Positions 15,425 to 25,551 of a stretch of DNA of 64,000 nucleotides are shown piece after piece; the stretch's first letter is position 1, and the number at the start of each line of letters is the position of its first letter. A program made the position numbers and the translations under genes. The stretch covers positions 52,905-116,904 of the forward strand of contig JACPAL010000005.1 in the NCBI GenBank assembly GCA_016180855.1, read 5' to 3'. The stretch comes from Deltaproteobacteria bacterium (GTDB taxonomy: Bacteria > UBA10199 > JACPAL01). The notes under the pieces were generated by a model. That model did not search any database. It was not told the origin of the DNA and saw only the letters and a list, made by a program, of their open reading frames with translations.

Positions 15425-18400
15425 GGAGTGCTCCTGTTCAAGCGAACGGAGATTCTGAGATCGCAGTGGATCCTCCAGATAGGCAACTCGATACTCCTCC
15501 GGCAGCAGGGAGGCGATCTCCTGATAAATCGTGCCCCCCCTTTTATCCGGAATTTGGGCGTACGCCTCCGCAGCGATCTCCATGAGGCCGTTTTGTTCAC
15601 AGGTTTTTGCGAGTTCACGCAATCTGTCGTTAAGCTTTTCCTCCGGTGGGAGTCCCCCCTTTTTTTGAAGGGTCAGATTTAGAAGCTGCATTCGAAGAGA
15701 GAGCTCCTGATCGAAACGATCGGAAAGCTTTGCAGCGCTTTGGTACTCCGCCGCCGATCTCTCCGACTGCCGCACCTCAAGGTAGATCTCCGCCAGTGCA
15801 TAGTGTCCCCAACCGTTCAAGAGGGGATCGGCTGTCTTTGTTGCCTGATCGACAACCTCTTCGAACTTCTCACGCGCCTTTTCATGGGATTGGATTGCCC
15901 GGTAGTAGTAGCCCCAGGCCAGTGTGATCCATGCGGTGAGTCCGGGGAAAGGGCCGGTTGAAGTCAGTGAATTAATCCTGCAGAGCATGTCATGTGCTGT
16001 TTGCGAGAGACCGAGGTTCAGATAGAGGAAGGCCCCCTTGAGATAATTTTGTATGATCTGATAAGGGGGGCTCACAAGATTCCGGTATCGGGTTGCCTCT
16101 TCAAGATATTGAATCGCCTCGTGGTACCGTCCTCGGCGTTGCGCGATCGTGATGAGGTTGTCGAGCATGATGAGGATATTATGGAGGTCACCAAGCTCCT
16201 TGGAGAGTGAAAGGGACTCCATAAAATAACGGTCGGCGTCTGTCACCTGTTGTCCCTGAAGCTCAATAAAGCCGAGCTGACTTAAGCTGACGGCGATCTG
16301 GTGCTTCTCTCCCAACTTTCGAAACAGCTCCAGTTTCTCTTTTTCAAACCGCCGTGCCTCATCAATCTGACCGGTGAGGGAGAGGGCGAGTCCCAGATTG
16401 TTGTTGATGAGGAGGCGGAATTTTTCCTTGTCGGGAGTGTTGGGGGAGGGGAGGGTTGTTTTAAAGAGGGTGATCGCCTTCTGGAACTCCCGGGTTTGAA
16501 CATAAACGTTGGCGAGCGCGTTCATCAGCTCACTATGGAGGGGGTCCTTGTCATCGCTCTCCTGAAGTGCCTCAACATAAAATTCTGCTGCCTCATGAAA
16601 TTTTCCGGACCGTGTCAGGACCCAGCCCATCAGCTTTCGTTCCTCCAGAGACAGTTTTTCACGGGGAGGAAAAAGGCGGAGTGCGTCGTTGGGCCGGCCT
16701 GCCAAGACAAGCAGGGGGATCAACTTTTTTTTAACCTCGAGAGTCCCCTTTTTGTCCTTGGTGAAAGACTGGAGATAATCCTTGTAGTTTTCAATCGCCC
16801 GCCGGGTCTGAAAAGTCGACTGATAGTAGGAACCGAGTTCCAGAAGATATCGCTTGGCCCACCGCTTTTCGCCCGATTCAAAGGCGTAGGCGACGAGATC
16901 TTCCAGCGACGGATCTTTCTCCTTCTGTGTGCTGTGCAGGATTCTCTTGCCCTTTTTTTGGCGGAGCAGTTTTTTTTGCCGTTGTTGCAAGAGACGCACG
17001 AGTGCCTCGTTTGGAATCTGGTAACGGGCCTCCATCTGACCGAAGGTTGACTGTCGGTTCAGCAAGCCCCGTTCCACAAGGGACGGAACAAAGATGGCTA
17101 GTTGTGTCATCGGGAGAGCCGAAGAGTCGGCCAGTTCTTCCAGCGTGATGCTTTTTCTCCAGAGGGCCGTTGTTTCAAGGATCGTCTGGGCTTCGGGAGC
17201 AAGCGTTTCGAGATTGTTTTGATAGAGATTTTCAATGGTATCAGGCAGCCTTCCTTCCCCTTTTCCCTCAAGGTAGTATCGGGCCCCTTCTGCAACGAGT
17301 AGCGGAATGCCGGAAGAGAAGGAGGAGAGCCATTCCTCAAATTCGGGCGGTACCTTTTTTCCTCCGAGGAGTTCAGTGAAGTAGAGGCCGATCTCCTCCG
17401 TTGAGAGTGGAGGGAGGGGGTGGATTTTTGCCTTTTGGAAAAGATTGGCGAATGCCCCGTGCGAGGGGAGTGTCCCTTGCCAACTGAGCATGAGACAGAC
17501 GGTCCCGATCTCTCTTTGAACCTGTGCCAGCCACTCGGCGAACAACGGGTCCGAGTCCTGCAGATCATCGGCAAACAGGATCAGCGGGGCCTTCTTGTGA
17601 ACGGTCTTGAGGGAGTGTTCAAAAAAATCGGCCGCTGTTTTGGAAGGAGGGAGCTCAAGCCCCTTGCGTAGTTGTGAGAAGGCATCCTTCTGGTTGAAGC
17701 GGTCAAGCCATAGACAGGGGATCTCCTTGAATTCTGCCTGATACTTGATCTCATGGAGCAGCCGGCTTTTGCCGATTCCCAATTCGCCCGTAAAAAGAAA
17801 CGCCTGACCCGCCGGGTTGTTCAACGCCTCCCTCGCCTCCTCCATCTCCTTTTGACGTCCCACGAGCCGCCCCTCTTCCGGCAGGGGGGAGGCACTGCTG
17901 GCCTCTCTCTCTCCGTAACGATTTTGCGTGTGGAGGTTGATCCAGTTGATTGCGCTGAAACCTTGCGAGACCCGTTCGCTTGGCTCTTTTTTGAGCAACA
18001 TCTCAAGGAGCTTCCGGAGATAAGCAGGAATTTTTGATTCCTCCTCCTCGTTCCAGGTGACTGTTTTTCTCAAGTGCCAGTTGAGTGCCTCGCCAGGGTC
18101 CTTTTCACTGAATGGAAAATGACGGGTGAGTGCCCGATAAAAAACGATTCCTAGCGAGTAAAGATCGACACGACGATCGGTATGGGGCGATTTCAAAAGA
18201 ATTTCAGGGGGTGAATAAAAAAGAGTACCGGCCAGCTGTTTTAACGGCTGGGTCTCAAGATGGGCAACGCCGAAATCGAGCAGTTTTACCTTTTTCTCTT
18301 CGTTGATGAGGATGTTAGGGCATTTGATATCAAAATGAATAATCCTGTGTTTGTGGAGATAGTCGAGGATCTCCAGTGTTTGGATGGCGAGTTCCTCTAT

Positions 18401-18730
18401 CTCCAAAACCGATTTGTTGGCAGTCCCCTTGAAAAAATCTTCTCCCCGAACAAAGTCGGAGAGGATGAGGTAACGTTTCAGTTTGTCGGAATAGACAAGG
18501 TCATGTGGCTTGCAGAGACCAGGGTGTTTGAGCTGGGTTAGCAGGAGGAATTCATTTTTAAAGGACGCAATCCGGCTCGGATTCGATGCGGCATAGAGAA
18601 TCTTGAATGCATATTCCCGGCCAGCCTCATCGAGGGCCAGGTAGACCTCCCCGAACCCCCCCTGTCCGATCTTTCGGATCAGTCGATAATCCTTCCCTGC
18701 GATATGAAGTTCTGTTGTTTCTTCTCCCAC
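15410..18730 (-). CDS. Ser/Thr protein kinase fused to an AAA/STAND-like ATPase and TPR repeats (1106 aa)
   Basis: Complete Hanks kinase motifs (GQGGFGEVY, AFKIL, HFDIKCPN, DFG, SPPE); P-loop FTGELGIGKSRLL; C-terminal half TPR-like; 15-bp convergent overlap with the 14156 gene. Confidence 0.8.
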   Translation of the reverse strand: MGEETTELHIAGKDYRLIRKIGQGGFGEVYLALDEAGREYAFKILYAASNPSRIASFKNEFLLLTQLKHPGLCKPHDLVYSDKLKRYLILSDFVRGEDFFKGTANKSVLEIEELAIQTLEILDYLHKHRIIHFDIKCPNILINEEKKVKLLDFGVAHLETQPLKQLAGTLFYSPPEILLKSPHTDRRVDLYSLGIVFYRALTRHFPFSEKDPGEALNWHLRKTVTWNEEEESKIPAYLRKLLEMLLKKEPSERVSQGFSAINWINLHTQNRYGEREASSASPLPEEGRLVGRQKEMEEAREALNNPAGQAFLFTGELGIGKSRLLHEIKYQAEFKEIPCLWLDRFNQKDAFSQLRKGLELPPSKTAADFFEHSLKTVHKKAPLILFADDLQDSDPLFAEWLAQVQREIGTVCLMLSWQGTLPSHGAFANLFQKAKIHPLPPLSTEEIGLYFTELLGGKKVPPEFEEWLSSFSSGIPLLVAEGARYYLEGKGEGRLPDTIENLYQNNLETLAPEAQTILETTALWRKSITLEELADSSALPMTQLAIFVPSLVERGLLNRQSTFGQMEARYQIPNEALVRLLQQRQKKLLRQKKGKRILHSTQKEKDPSLEDLVAYAFESGEKRWAKRYLLELGSYYQSTFQTRRAIENYKDYLQSFTKDKKGTLEVKKKLIPLLVLAGRPNDALRLFPPREKLSLEERKLMGWVLTRSGKFHEAAEFYVEALQESDDKDPLHSELMNALANVYVQTREFQKAITLFKTTLPSPNTPDKEKFRLLINNNLGLALSLTGQIDEARRFEKEKLELFRKLGEKHQIAVSLSQLGFIELQGQQVTDADRYFMESLSLSKELGDLHNILIMLDNLITIAQRRGRYHEAIQYLEEATRYRNLVSPPYQIIQNYLKGAFLYLNLGLSQTAHDMLCRINSLTSTGPFPGLTAWITLAWGYYYRAIQSHEKAREKFEEVVDQATKTADPLLNGWGHYALAEIYLEVRQSERSAAEYQSAAKLSDRFDQELSLRMQLLNLTLQKKGGLPPEEKLNDRLRELAKTCEQNGLMEIAAEAYAQIPDKRGGTIYQEIASLLPEEYRVAYLEDPLRSQNLRSLEQEHSLRRT

Positions 18731-18777
18731 CGATAGAGGAGCTTACTGTATTTTGAAGCACCAAGAGAAGGGTAATT

Positions 18778-19683
18778 TTAACTGTAAAATTCTTTAACCT
18801 TCTGTTCCATCTCATGAAGGTGCCGGCTGTCGACCACCTTCCCGCGTCGGAGGGCCAGACGGTTGTCACAGAATAGTTTGACGGCCTTTGCCAGGACATC
18901 CGCCTCGAGCTTTTTCCCTTTTACCGCAATCGACTCGAGCGATTCTTTGGATTTGTTGATCCGGAACGCCCCCTGCGTAATGATCGGCCCCTGATCCAGA
19001 TCGGTGGTGACAAAATGGGCGGTGACACCGACAACCTCTACCCCTTTATGGAATGCTTGGGAATAGGCACGGGCTCCCGGGAACGACGGGAGGAGTGACG
19101 GATGGATGTTGATAATTTTTCCCTCATAGCGAAAACAGAATTCCGGTGAGAGGATTTGCATGTACCGGGCCAGTACAATGAGGTCGATTTCATGGCGGGA
19201 GAGTTCCTTTAGAATTTTCTGCTCCTGTTCCTGCTTTTTCGCCGAAGGAAAATAATGGAAGGGGATTTTGTATTGATCCGCGGTTGGTTTGAGTTCTCGT
19301 CGGTTGGAAAGAATCAGACGGGCCTGTCCGTGAATCTTTCCCTCTCTCATCTTCTGTAAAATGGTTGTGAGGCAGTGGGGTTCCTTTGTAACCAGAAGGG
19401 CCACATTTTTGATCCGGCGCTCCTCCAGGACCTCCAGGGTGATCTCCATCCCGATCGAGCGCCCCACTTTTTTTAACCCTTCGCGGAAGAGCGGGAGGGG
19501 TCCTCTGAGACCTGATAGATCGACCTGCATGTTCATGACCAGAAAACCTTCAAGGATCCTCTGGTCGATATCTTCGATATTCAGATTGTTCTGGAAAAGA
19601 TGGGTCGTCACCGTGGCGATGATCCCCTTGCGATCCGGTCCTGCGACCCGTATCCGGGCCATTTTTTTACCCCCTGCCAGCAT
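18778..19683 (-). CDS. purU: Formyltetrahydrofolate deformylase
   Basis: N-terminal ACT domain plus formyltransferase domain blocks (HPSLLPSFPGARAY). Confidence 0.8.
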   Translation of the reverse strand: MLAGGKKMARIRVAGPDRKGIIATVTTHLFQNNLNIEDIDQRILEGFLVMNMQVDLSGLRGPLPLFREGLKKVGRSIGMEITLEVLEERRIKNVALLVTKEPHCLTTILQKMREGKIHGQARLILSNRRELKPTADQYKIPFHYFPSAKKQEQEQKILKELSRHEIDLIVLARYMQILSPEFCFRYEGKIINIHPSLLPSFPGARAYSQAFHKGVEVVGVTAHFVTTDLDQGPIITQGAFRINKSKESLESIAVKGKKLEADVLAKAVKLFCDNRLALRRGKVVDSRHLHEMEQKVKEFYS

Positions 19684-19779
19684 GGAATTCCATGGAGATT
19701 ACCACATTTTGGGCTGATTCTAACCTAAAATTTCACACCCTTGACATTCCGTCAGTCGTTCTCTAAAGATCACCCCCCT

Positions 19780-20031
19780 ATGGCAGTGAAACTAAGACTC
19801 ATGCGTGTTGGTGCTCGTTCAAAGCCGTCTTATCGGATTGTGGTGATCGATTCCCACGCTGCTTGCAAGGGGGCGGCCCAGGAGGTTGTCGGCTTCTACG
19901 ACCCTCGGCAGGGGATTGAAAAGGCAAAGGTTGATGGTGACAGGGTTCGTTATTGGCTTGGGTGTGGCGCCCAACCGTCTGTGGTCGTTGGACATATCCT
20001 CAAGAAGGCAGGTGTTGGGAAGGCTGCTTAA
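19780..20031 (+). CDS. rpsP: 30S ribosomal protein S16
   Basis: [22 protein letters not shown]...GFYDP pattern; the ORF opens upstream but the conserved start is this Met. Confidence 0.85.
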   Translation: MAVKLRLMRVGARSKPSYRIVVIDSHAACKGAAQEVVGFYDPRQGIEKAKVDGDRVRYWLGCGAQPSVVVGHILKKAGVGKAA

Positions 20032-20044
20032 TCGGAGTCGTCTC

Positions 20045-20284
20045 ATGTCGGACATGAAAAACCTCGTTGAGGTGATGGCAAAGTCGCTGGTTGATAATCC
20101 TGACAAGGTCGAAGTGATTGAGGTGGGGGGAGAGCAGACGACCGTCTATGAACTGAAGGTGGCCAAGGAGGACTTGGGTAAGATCATCGGCAAGGAGGGG
20201 AGAAACGCCCGGTCGATGAGGACAATTCTTGGGGCCGCCTCCACAAAGATTGGCAAAAAGTCGATTCTTGAAATCATCGAATAA
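20045..20284 (+). CDS. KH-domain RNA-binding protein (UPF0109/YlqC-like)
   Basis: [19 protein letters not shown] GxxG motif; conserved position after rpsP. Confidence 0.75.
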   Translation: MSDMKNLVEVMAKSLVDNPDKVEVIEVGGEQTTVYELKVAKEDLGKIIGKEGRNARSMRTILGAASTKIGKKSILEIIE

Positions 20285-20290
20285 ATTCTG

Positions 20291-20983
20291 ATGCAGTTTG
20301 ATATCCTGACCCTCTTCCCGGAGTTTTTTGAGACTCCGCTCAAGACCTCTTTGGTGGGAAAGGGGCTGGAGCGGTCGCTCTTTTCGGTACGGCTCTGCAA
20401 TATCCGTGATTTTGCTTATAACAAACACCACCAGGTTGATGACCGGGCCTATGGCGGTGGGGCGGGCATGGTGATGAGTCCGGAGCCGATTGTCACGGCC
20501 CTGGAGGCGATCCCTTCCCACGGGAAGAGGCGCCGGATCTATTTTTCACCTCAGGGGGAGCCGCTTCGGCAGGAGAGACTCTCCTCCTATCTCCAGTATG
20601 ACCAGCTCGTTCTTTTATGCGGGCGGTATGAAGGGGTGGATCAACGTGTGATCGATCATTTCATCGATGAAGAGATCTCGATTGGCGATTACGTCCTTTC
20701 AGGCGGAGAGGTGGCCGCCCTGGTCTTTCTGGAGGCACTCGTTCGATTGATCCCCGGCCTGCTTGGCAAAGAGGAGTCTCTCTCACAGGAGTCATTTACC
20801 TCATTCAATCCCAAGGAACCTTCCTTGCTGCTGGAGTATCCCCAGTATACACGCCCTGAGGAATTCAGGGGGCATCGCGTCCCCGAGGTCCTTTTGAGTG
20901 GGGATCATTCCAAAATAGAGCGCTGGCGTCAGGAGCGGGCGATGGAGAAGACCAAAAAAAGGCGTCCCGATCTTCTCCGATGA
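20291..20983 (+). CDS. trmD: tRNA (guanine37-N1)-methyltransferase
   Basis: TrmD blocks ([13 protein letters not shown]; YGGGAGMVM; [10 protein letters not shown]). Confidence 0.85.
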   Translation: MQFDILTLFPEFFETPLKTSLVGKGLERSLFSVRLCNIRDFAYNKHHQVDDRAYGGGAGMVMSPEPIVTALEAIPSHGKRRRIYFSPQGEPLRQERLSSYLQYDQLVLLCGRYEGVDQRVIDHFIDEEISIGDYVLSGGEVAALVFLEALVRLIPGLLGKEESLSQESFTSFNPKEPSLLLEYPQYTRPEEFRGHRVPEVLLSGDHSKIERWRQERAMEKTKKRRPDLLR

Positions 20984-21046
20984 CCACAAGGTATCGTGGT
21001 GCAGGATGTTGACAGCAGGGGTCGAACTGTTTAGGTCATCCAACCG

Positions 21047-21829
21047 ATGGGGAAATTTTTTAGTCTCTCTCTTTTGATCTGTGTTGTTTTTTTTGCCTGT
21101 TCCAAGGGCAACTATGTTTACAAGAGCCCCAATCGTCTCGATTGGGTTCGCATTGCGAAGGCGAAAAAGCAGGAGAGAGGAGGGGGGCTTCGTCATCCGT
21201 ACGACTTTGACTCAAGGCAAATGAGGGAGATTTTGAGCTCTCTCCGCTTCAACAAGAAGTTTCTGATCCAGAGGGATATTGAGGAGCAACAGCTCTTTCA
21301 GGAGAGGCATGTGGAGTACCTGCTTCCGTATCTTCTTCAAGCGTTTCGAAGGGTGGGGCCGGAAGAGGTTGTCTCTGTCTCCTTTTTTACCCAGAGCCGC
21401 AAGTATGGCCTGGCCAACGACCGCTTAACGATTTTCCGGGCCTATCTCCAGGAGGACGGGCTCCATCTCCAGTTTCAAAAGATTTACGCAAAACTCATTG
21501 GAGATCGAACGACACAAGGTTCACTTCAGGCGACGCAGGAGGCGAGGGGGATTGGCGTCACCCTGGAATTACAGCCAGGACAAAACCGGATTTCCTGGGA
21601 TCCTGAGGAGATTGTTTTTGATCTTAATGTTTTTACGAAGAATGGAATCCGTAACAACGTCAAAAATACAGCCGGCCCAAAATTCTCGAATCCCAAACCG
21701 GAAAAGGTCCCTCCCAAAACACTTGATGCAAGGGATCGACTCAAAGAGCTCGAGCGTCTCAGGCAAGAAGAATTGATCACCGAAAAGGAATACGAGAAAA
21801 AGAGGAAAGAGATCCTAAAGGATTTGTAG
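21047..21829 (+). CDS. Lipoprotein with a C-terminal SHOCT-like motif
   Basis: Signal/lipobox (VVFFACS); C-terminal LKELERLRQEELITEKEYEKKRKEIL resembles a SHOCT domain. Confidence 0.55.
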   Translation: MGKFFSLSLLICVVFFACSKGNYVYKSPNRLDWVRIAKAKKQERGGGLRHPYDFDSRQMREILSSLRFNKKFLIQRDIEEQQLFQERHVEYLLPYLLQAFRRVGPEEVVSVSFFTQSRKYGLANDRLTIFRAYLQEDGLHLQFQKIYAKLIGDRTTQGSLQATQEARGIGVTLELQPGQNRISWDPEEIVFDLNVFTKNGIRNNVKNTAGPKFSNPKPEKVPPKTLDARDRLKELERLRQEELITEKEYEKKRKEILKDL

Positions 21830-22942
21830 GTCGCGGGGGAGGATGGAGAGGATCTCACAACCTTTATGGGTGACATAAACGTCATCCTCAATGCGAACCC
21901 CACCCAGTTTTTCGTAATAGAGACCCGGTTCGACGGTTACAACCTGTCCTTTTTTGAGGAGGGTACTTCTGGGACCGATCCGGGGTGGTTCGTGGATATC
22001 AAGGCCGAGCCCATGCCCTGTCGTATGGATAAAGCCCTCCGGCCTCCCGTTTTTGAAGTCCGTCTTGAAACCCTGCTCTTCCATCGTTTTGGCGACGGCG
22101 GCATGGACATCACGCGCATCAACGCCGGAACGGACAAGCGAGAATCCTTTCGCCTGCGCCTTCCGCACCGCTTCATACATTGAAATCACCTTTGAAGAAG
22201 GGGTTCCCTTGAAAACCGTTCGTGTCACGTCGCCGTGATAGCCGGACTCCAGTGACTTGGGGAAGACATCCAGCACGATTGTTTGGTACGGTTGAAGCGG
22301 TCCAAAACCGATACAGTGCGGGTCAGCCGCCTGTTTGCCACAGGCAACGATCGTCTTTTGTCCCAGGTAACCCCGTTCCATCATTTTGAGCTCCATCAAG
22401 TGGCGCAGTTTCTCGCTTGTGAGTGGTGCGCCGTTCCAGAGGAGCTTGTTCCCGCGGATCCGGGTGCCCCGGATTGTCTGAATCGCAAAACGGATCGCCT
22501 CTTCGGTCGCGCGGATGCTGTTCACAATCTTTTTTTTCTCTCCTTCGGATTTGATCTGGCGTTCGGGATAAAACGGATCAGGAATCGCATCCACCGTAAA
22601 TCCTTTTTCTTCCAGAAGCCGCGCCAGCCGGATCGGAAAATAGGAGGGGACCTCGAGGGAGGTGATTTTTCTTTCGTGCAGAACGGTGGTAAGGATCTCT
22701 ATTTCACTAACCTCCTTCTTCCCCTGTGACTTGAGCTTTCTTGAATAGGAGGAGGTCGAGATGACCTCATCCACCTCCGCCTCTTTTTTGGCGCGACCGT
22801 ATTCAAGATCGGACATGAGCAGGCTTTTTTTGCCCCTCTGCTCAATAAAGATGACCGGGTCCGGTGCGGAGAAGCAGGTGGCCCAATAGACATCGGCACA
22901 GGTCTCGGGACAGGCGATAATGAGGCGTGCTTTTTGCGACAT
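21815..22942 (-). CDS. M24-family Xaa-Pro aminopeptidase/dipeptidase (creatinase-like N-terminal domain plus pita-bread fold)
   Basis: M24 metal-ligand blocks (HGLGLDIHE; VEPGLY; GGVRIED). Confidence 0.75.
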   Translation of the reverse strand: MSQKARLIIACPETCADVYWATCFSAPDPVIFIEQRGKKSLLMSDLEYGRAKKEAEVDEVISTSSYSRKLKSQGKKEVSEIEILTTVLHERKITSLEVPSYFPIRLARLLEEKGFTVDAIPDPFYPERQIKSEGEKKKIVNSIRATEEAIRFAIQTIRGTRIRGNKLLWNGAPLTSEKLRHLMELKMMERGYLGQKTIVACGKQAADPHCIGFGPLQPYQTIVLDVFPKSLESGYHGDVTRTVFKGTPSSKVISMYEAVRKAQAKGFSLVRSGVDARDVHAAVAKTMEEQGFKTDFKNGRPEGFIHTTGHGLGLDIHEPPRIGPRSTLLKKGQVVTVEPGLYYEKLGGVRIEDDVYVTHKGCEILSILPRDLQIL

Positions 22943-23100
22943 GAATTAAATTCCATAGCATGTCGGACCCCGCTCGGCAACTGGGGTTGTAAGACATCAA
23001 TTTAGGGCATTTATCCTTCCTGTAGAAGGTCCTCTAAAAAAACAGGTGTTGATTTATCTTTTAATTTCGGATGGTTGGCAGACGATTTTTTTCAATCACC

Positions 23101-23115
23101 TGGTACGTATCTTGC
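23101..23115 (+). promoter_or_regulatory. Candidate sigma-54-like promoter (TGGTAC-gtatc-TTGCT) ahead of delta-60 gene 1
   Basis: GG/GC spacing is correct; -24 deviates (TGGTAC); would give a near-leaderless transcript. Confidence 0.3.
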
Positions 23116-23130
23116 TCAAGTATACGAGTG

Positions 23131-25455
23131 ATGCGGATTAGAGAGGCCCTTTTTATATCCTTTTTGTCGATCGTTCTTTCGGTCCCTCTTCATTCGGCCC
23201 CGGGGGATCTCGATTTTACCTTTGGCCTAGAAGGGGTTGGATTGACAGACTTTGAGCAGGAGATCGACGGGGTTGCTGATATCGCCATTCAACCGGACGG
23301 GAAAATAATTGTGGTCGGAACGATGAAGGAGGCGAGCCACCAGTCGTTTGCGGTCGCCCGGTTTCTCTCCGATGGCTCTCTTGATACCACCTTTGGCAAT
23401 GACGGTCTCGTTACGGACGACTTTGGCGGAGTAGGGGTCAATCAGGCCTCGGCAGTTGCTGTCAGCAATAATGGAAAGATTATTGTTGTCGGTCGTTCGG
23501 GACTTTATATCGGTGTCCTTCGTCTGACGCCTCAGGGAGCCGTTAATTGGAGGGTAAGACCCAATCCGTACCCCTGGGTTGATATCGCGACGGATGTTTA
23601 TACGCATCCCAATTTAGGCAATATTCATATTGCGGGAATCACCGGCTATTCGTCGACCTGGGTTCCGATTATCGGTTGTCTCCATGACACTGGAACTCCT
23701 TGCACCTTTTTTGGTCAGTGGGAGGAGGGGCGGCCAGGATGGAATGACGCAAACTTCCCCGATACGACACAAGACGTCGCCTCATCCATTGCCTATGATT
23801 CCCATAATGAGCGATTCATCCTGGGGGGATTTGCGGGTGATGGAACGAGTGACCGTTTTGGTCTTGTCCAGTTTGACCTCAAGGGAGATTTGAGGACGAG
23901 TTTCGGGACGAGTGGTTACGTGAGACGCGATATCAGCGGTTCGACAATGGAAAGGATGACCGAGATTGCGGTTCAGGAGTGGGATCAGAAGATTGTGGCG
24001 GTCGGTTTCGGGCAGGTCTCCGGTAATAATCAGATCGTCGTTGCTCGCTACAACATCGATGGGACTTGGGATAACAGCTTCAGCAGCGATGGGTCGACAA
24101 TAACGAATGTCCCCGGTTGTACGAATGCAAAGGCGGCGAGTGTTGCGATCCAGGAAGACCGAAAGATTGTCGTTGCGGGTACCTGCCGTGAGAGTAGCGG
24201 GACACCGCATTTCACCCTTATTCGCTATAACACCAACGGGTCGATTGATACGACATTTGGAACAAACGGTTTCATGACACTTTCCCTCCCCGGAACCTCA
24301 ACGGGCGGTGAAGGGTATGCTGTGCAACTCCAGGGGGATGGTCGGATTCTTGTCGGTGGTATTGCGGATGAAGAGCTTGCCGTTGCCCGGTACTATCACG
24401 ATAATGCGATGGGGGTTACATTAAGTCTGACGGGAGAGATTCCCACAACGATCATTCCCGAACAGACGATCAACGTCGGTCTCCTTGTTCAGAGTGACGG
24501 TCCTGACGACGGTTCTGCTGAGTTAACGGCCTATTTCCCTCTGCAGACGGAATTTGTCTCCTCCTCTCTCTCCGGCTGTACGTCGACGGTGGTAAATTAT
24601 TGCGGTCTGCTCCACACCACGACCGTTTGCGGAGATCACCGGCGGGTTCGATGTCCTGTTGGGACGCTTGCTTCGGGGGCTTCTCTGCCGGTCACCCTCT
24701 CCGTCCGTCCCAAGGCGGTTGGCCCGTTTGAGAGTCGCGTTGAAGTTGTCGGGGAGTTTTTGGATTTTGATCTGTCTAATAATGTAACATCCTGGGGACG
24801 AACCGTCGTGGCTGCGGCGAATCTTGGTGTCACGATTGAGAATGGATCATCCCTGGTTGTTGGAGATGAATCGAGTTTTCGCGTCTCTGTTGAGAACCAT
24901 GGCCCCAATAATACGACGGGAGTTGTCTTGACGCTTGAGCTTTCTGACAGTGCTATTTTTGAATCGACCAGTTCCAGCCTCTGTCATGGTGAGTCACCGG
25001 TCATCTGTGATATTGGCTCGCTGGCGTCCGGTGCCTCCTTTGAGGTTGAGTTAACATTCTCCTCCAATCAGGAGGGGAAGATCCTGCTCGATGCCTCTAC
25101 CTCCTCCGCAATTATGGATCCAGACAGCTCGGATAACACAAAAAGAGGAGAGATAACCTCCTCATTGTCGGAAGAGGAGATTGAAGAGGAGGAGAGCCGT
25201 CTCTGTTTCTTCAATGGTTCCCGTTGTCGGGATGAGGAGACCGAGGAGGAGGAGCCTCCCTCCGGTTGCCAACCCGGTGATCCCGGTTGTAATACGACGG
25301 GGCAAGGCAACCTGAATCAGACAGTTGCAGAGGCCGGTGGTTGCGGTTGCCGGATCGCCTCCAATACGAGTGGCCCCGATTCAACAGCCCTTCTCTTCCT
25401 GTTTTTCCTGATTCCACTTGCCTGGGTACGTTTTGGTAGAGACTGGGGTCTGTAA
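23131..25455 (+). CDS. Secreted delta-60-repeat (beta-propeller) protein with DUF11/CARDB-like surface-repeat domains and a C-terminal GCGC-type sorting signal (MYXO-CTERM-like)
   Basis: Repeated LDTTFGNDG...NGKIIVVG units; DUF11/CARDB-like segments; tail AGGCGCRIASNTSGPDSTALLFLFFLIPLAWVRFGRD; start taken at MRIREALF (signal peptide). Confidence 0.7.
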   Translation: MRIREALFISFLSIVLSVPLHSAPGDLDFTFGLEGVGLTDFEQEIDGVADIAIQPDGKIIVVGTMKEASHQSFAVARFLSDGSLDTTFGNDGLVTDDFGGVGVNQASAVAVSNNGKIIVVGRSGLYIGVLRLTPQGAVNWRVRPNPYPWVDIATDVYTHPNLGNIHIAGITGYSSTWVPIIGCLHDTGTPCTFFGQWEEGRPGWNDANFPDTTQDVASSIAYDSHNERFILGGFAGDGTSDRFGLVQFDLKGDLRTSFGTSGYVRRDISGSTMERMTEIAVQEWDQKIVAVGFGQVSGNNQIVVARYNIDGTWDNSFSSDGSTITNVPGCTNAKAASVAIQEDRKIVVAGTCRESSGTPHFTLIRYNTNGSIDTTFGTNGFMTLSLPGTSTGGEGYAVQLQGDGRILVGGIADEELAVARYYHDNAMGVTLSLTGEIPTTIIPEQTINVGLLVQSDGPDDGSAELTAYFPLQTEFVSSSLSGCTSTVVNYCGLLHTTTVCGDHRRVRCPVGTLASGASLPVTLSVRPKAVGPFESRVEVVGEFLDFDLSNNVTSWGRTVVAAANLGVTIENGSSLVVGDESSFRVSVENHGPNNTTGVVLTLELSDSAIFESTSSSLCHGESPVICDIGSLASGASFEVELTFSSNQEGKILLDASTSSAIMDPDSSDNTKRGEITSSLSEEEIEEEESRLCFFNGSRCRDEETEEEEPPSGCQPGDPGCNTTGQGNLNQTVAEAGGCGCRIASNTSGPDSTALLFLFFLIPLAWVRFGRDWGL

Positions 25456-25485
25456 ACCTTCCTTTGAATTCGGTCATCATCTCAA

Positions 25486-25510
25486 CACCATGAAAGCAAT
25501 GGTATTTTTT
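25486..25510 (+). terminator. Weak Rho-independent terminator after delta-60 gene 1
   Basis: ACCAT-gaaagca-ATGGT hairpin followed by ATTTTTT. Confidence 0.4.
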
Positions 25511-25521
25511 AACGATCGTAT

Positions 25522-25537
25522 TGGCATTTCACTTGCA
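25522..25537 (+). promoter_or_regulatory. Sigma-54 promoter (TGGCAT-ttcac-TTGCA) for delta-60 gene 2
   Basis: Canonical -24/-12 spacing; ATG at 25552 with an aagg RBS in between. Confidence 0.6.
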
Positions 25538-25551
25538 GTTCTACCTAAGGC

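Noticed and set aside
23041-23070. TTGGCAgacgaTTTTT upstream of delta-60 gene 1 as a sigma-54 promoter
   Set aside because: There is no GC at the -12 position. The better-spaced TGGTAC-N5-TTGCT at 23101-23115 is reported, at low confidence.
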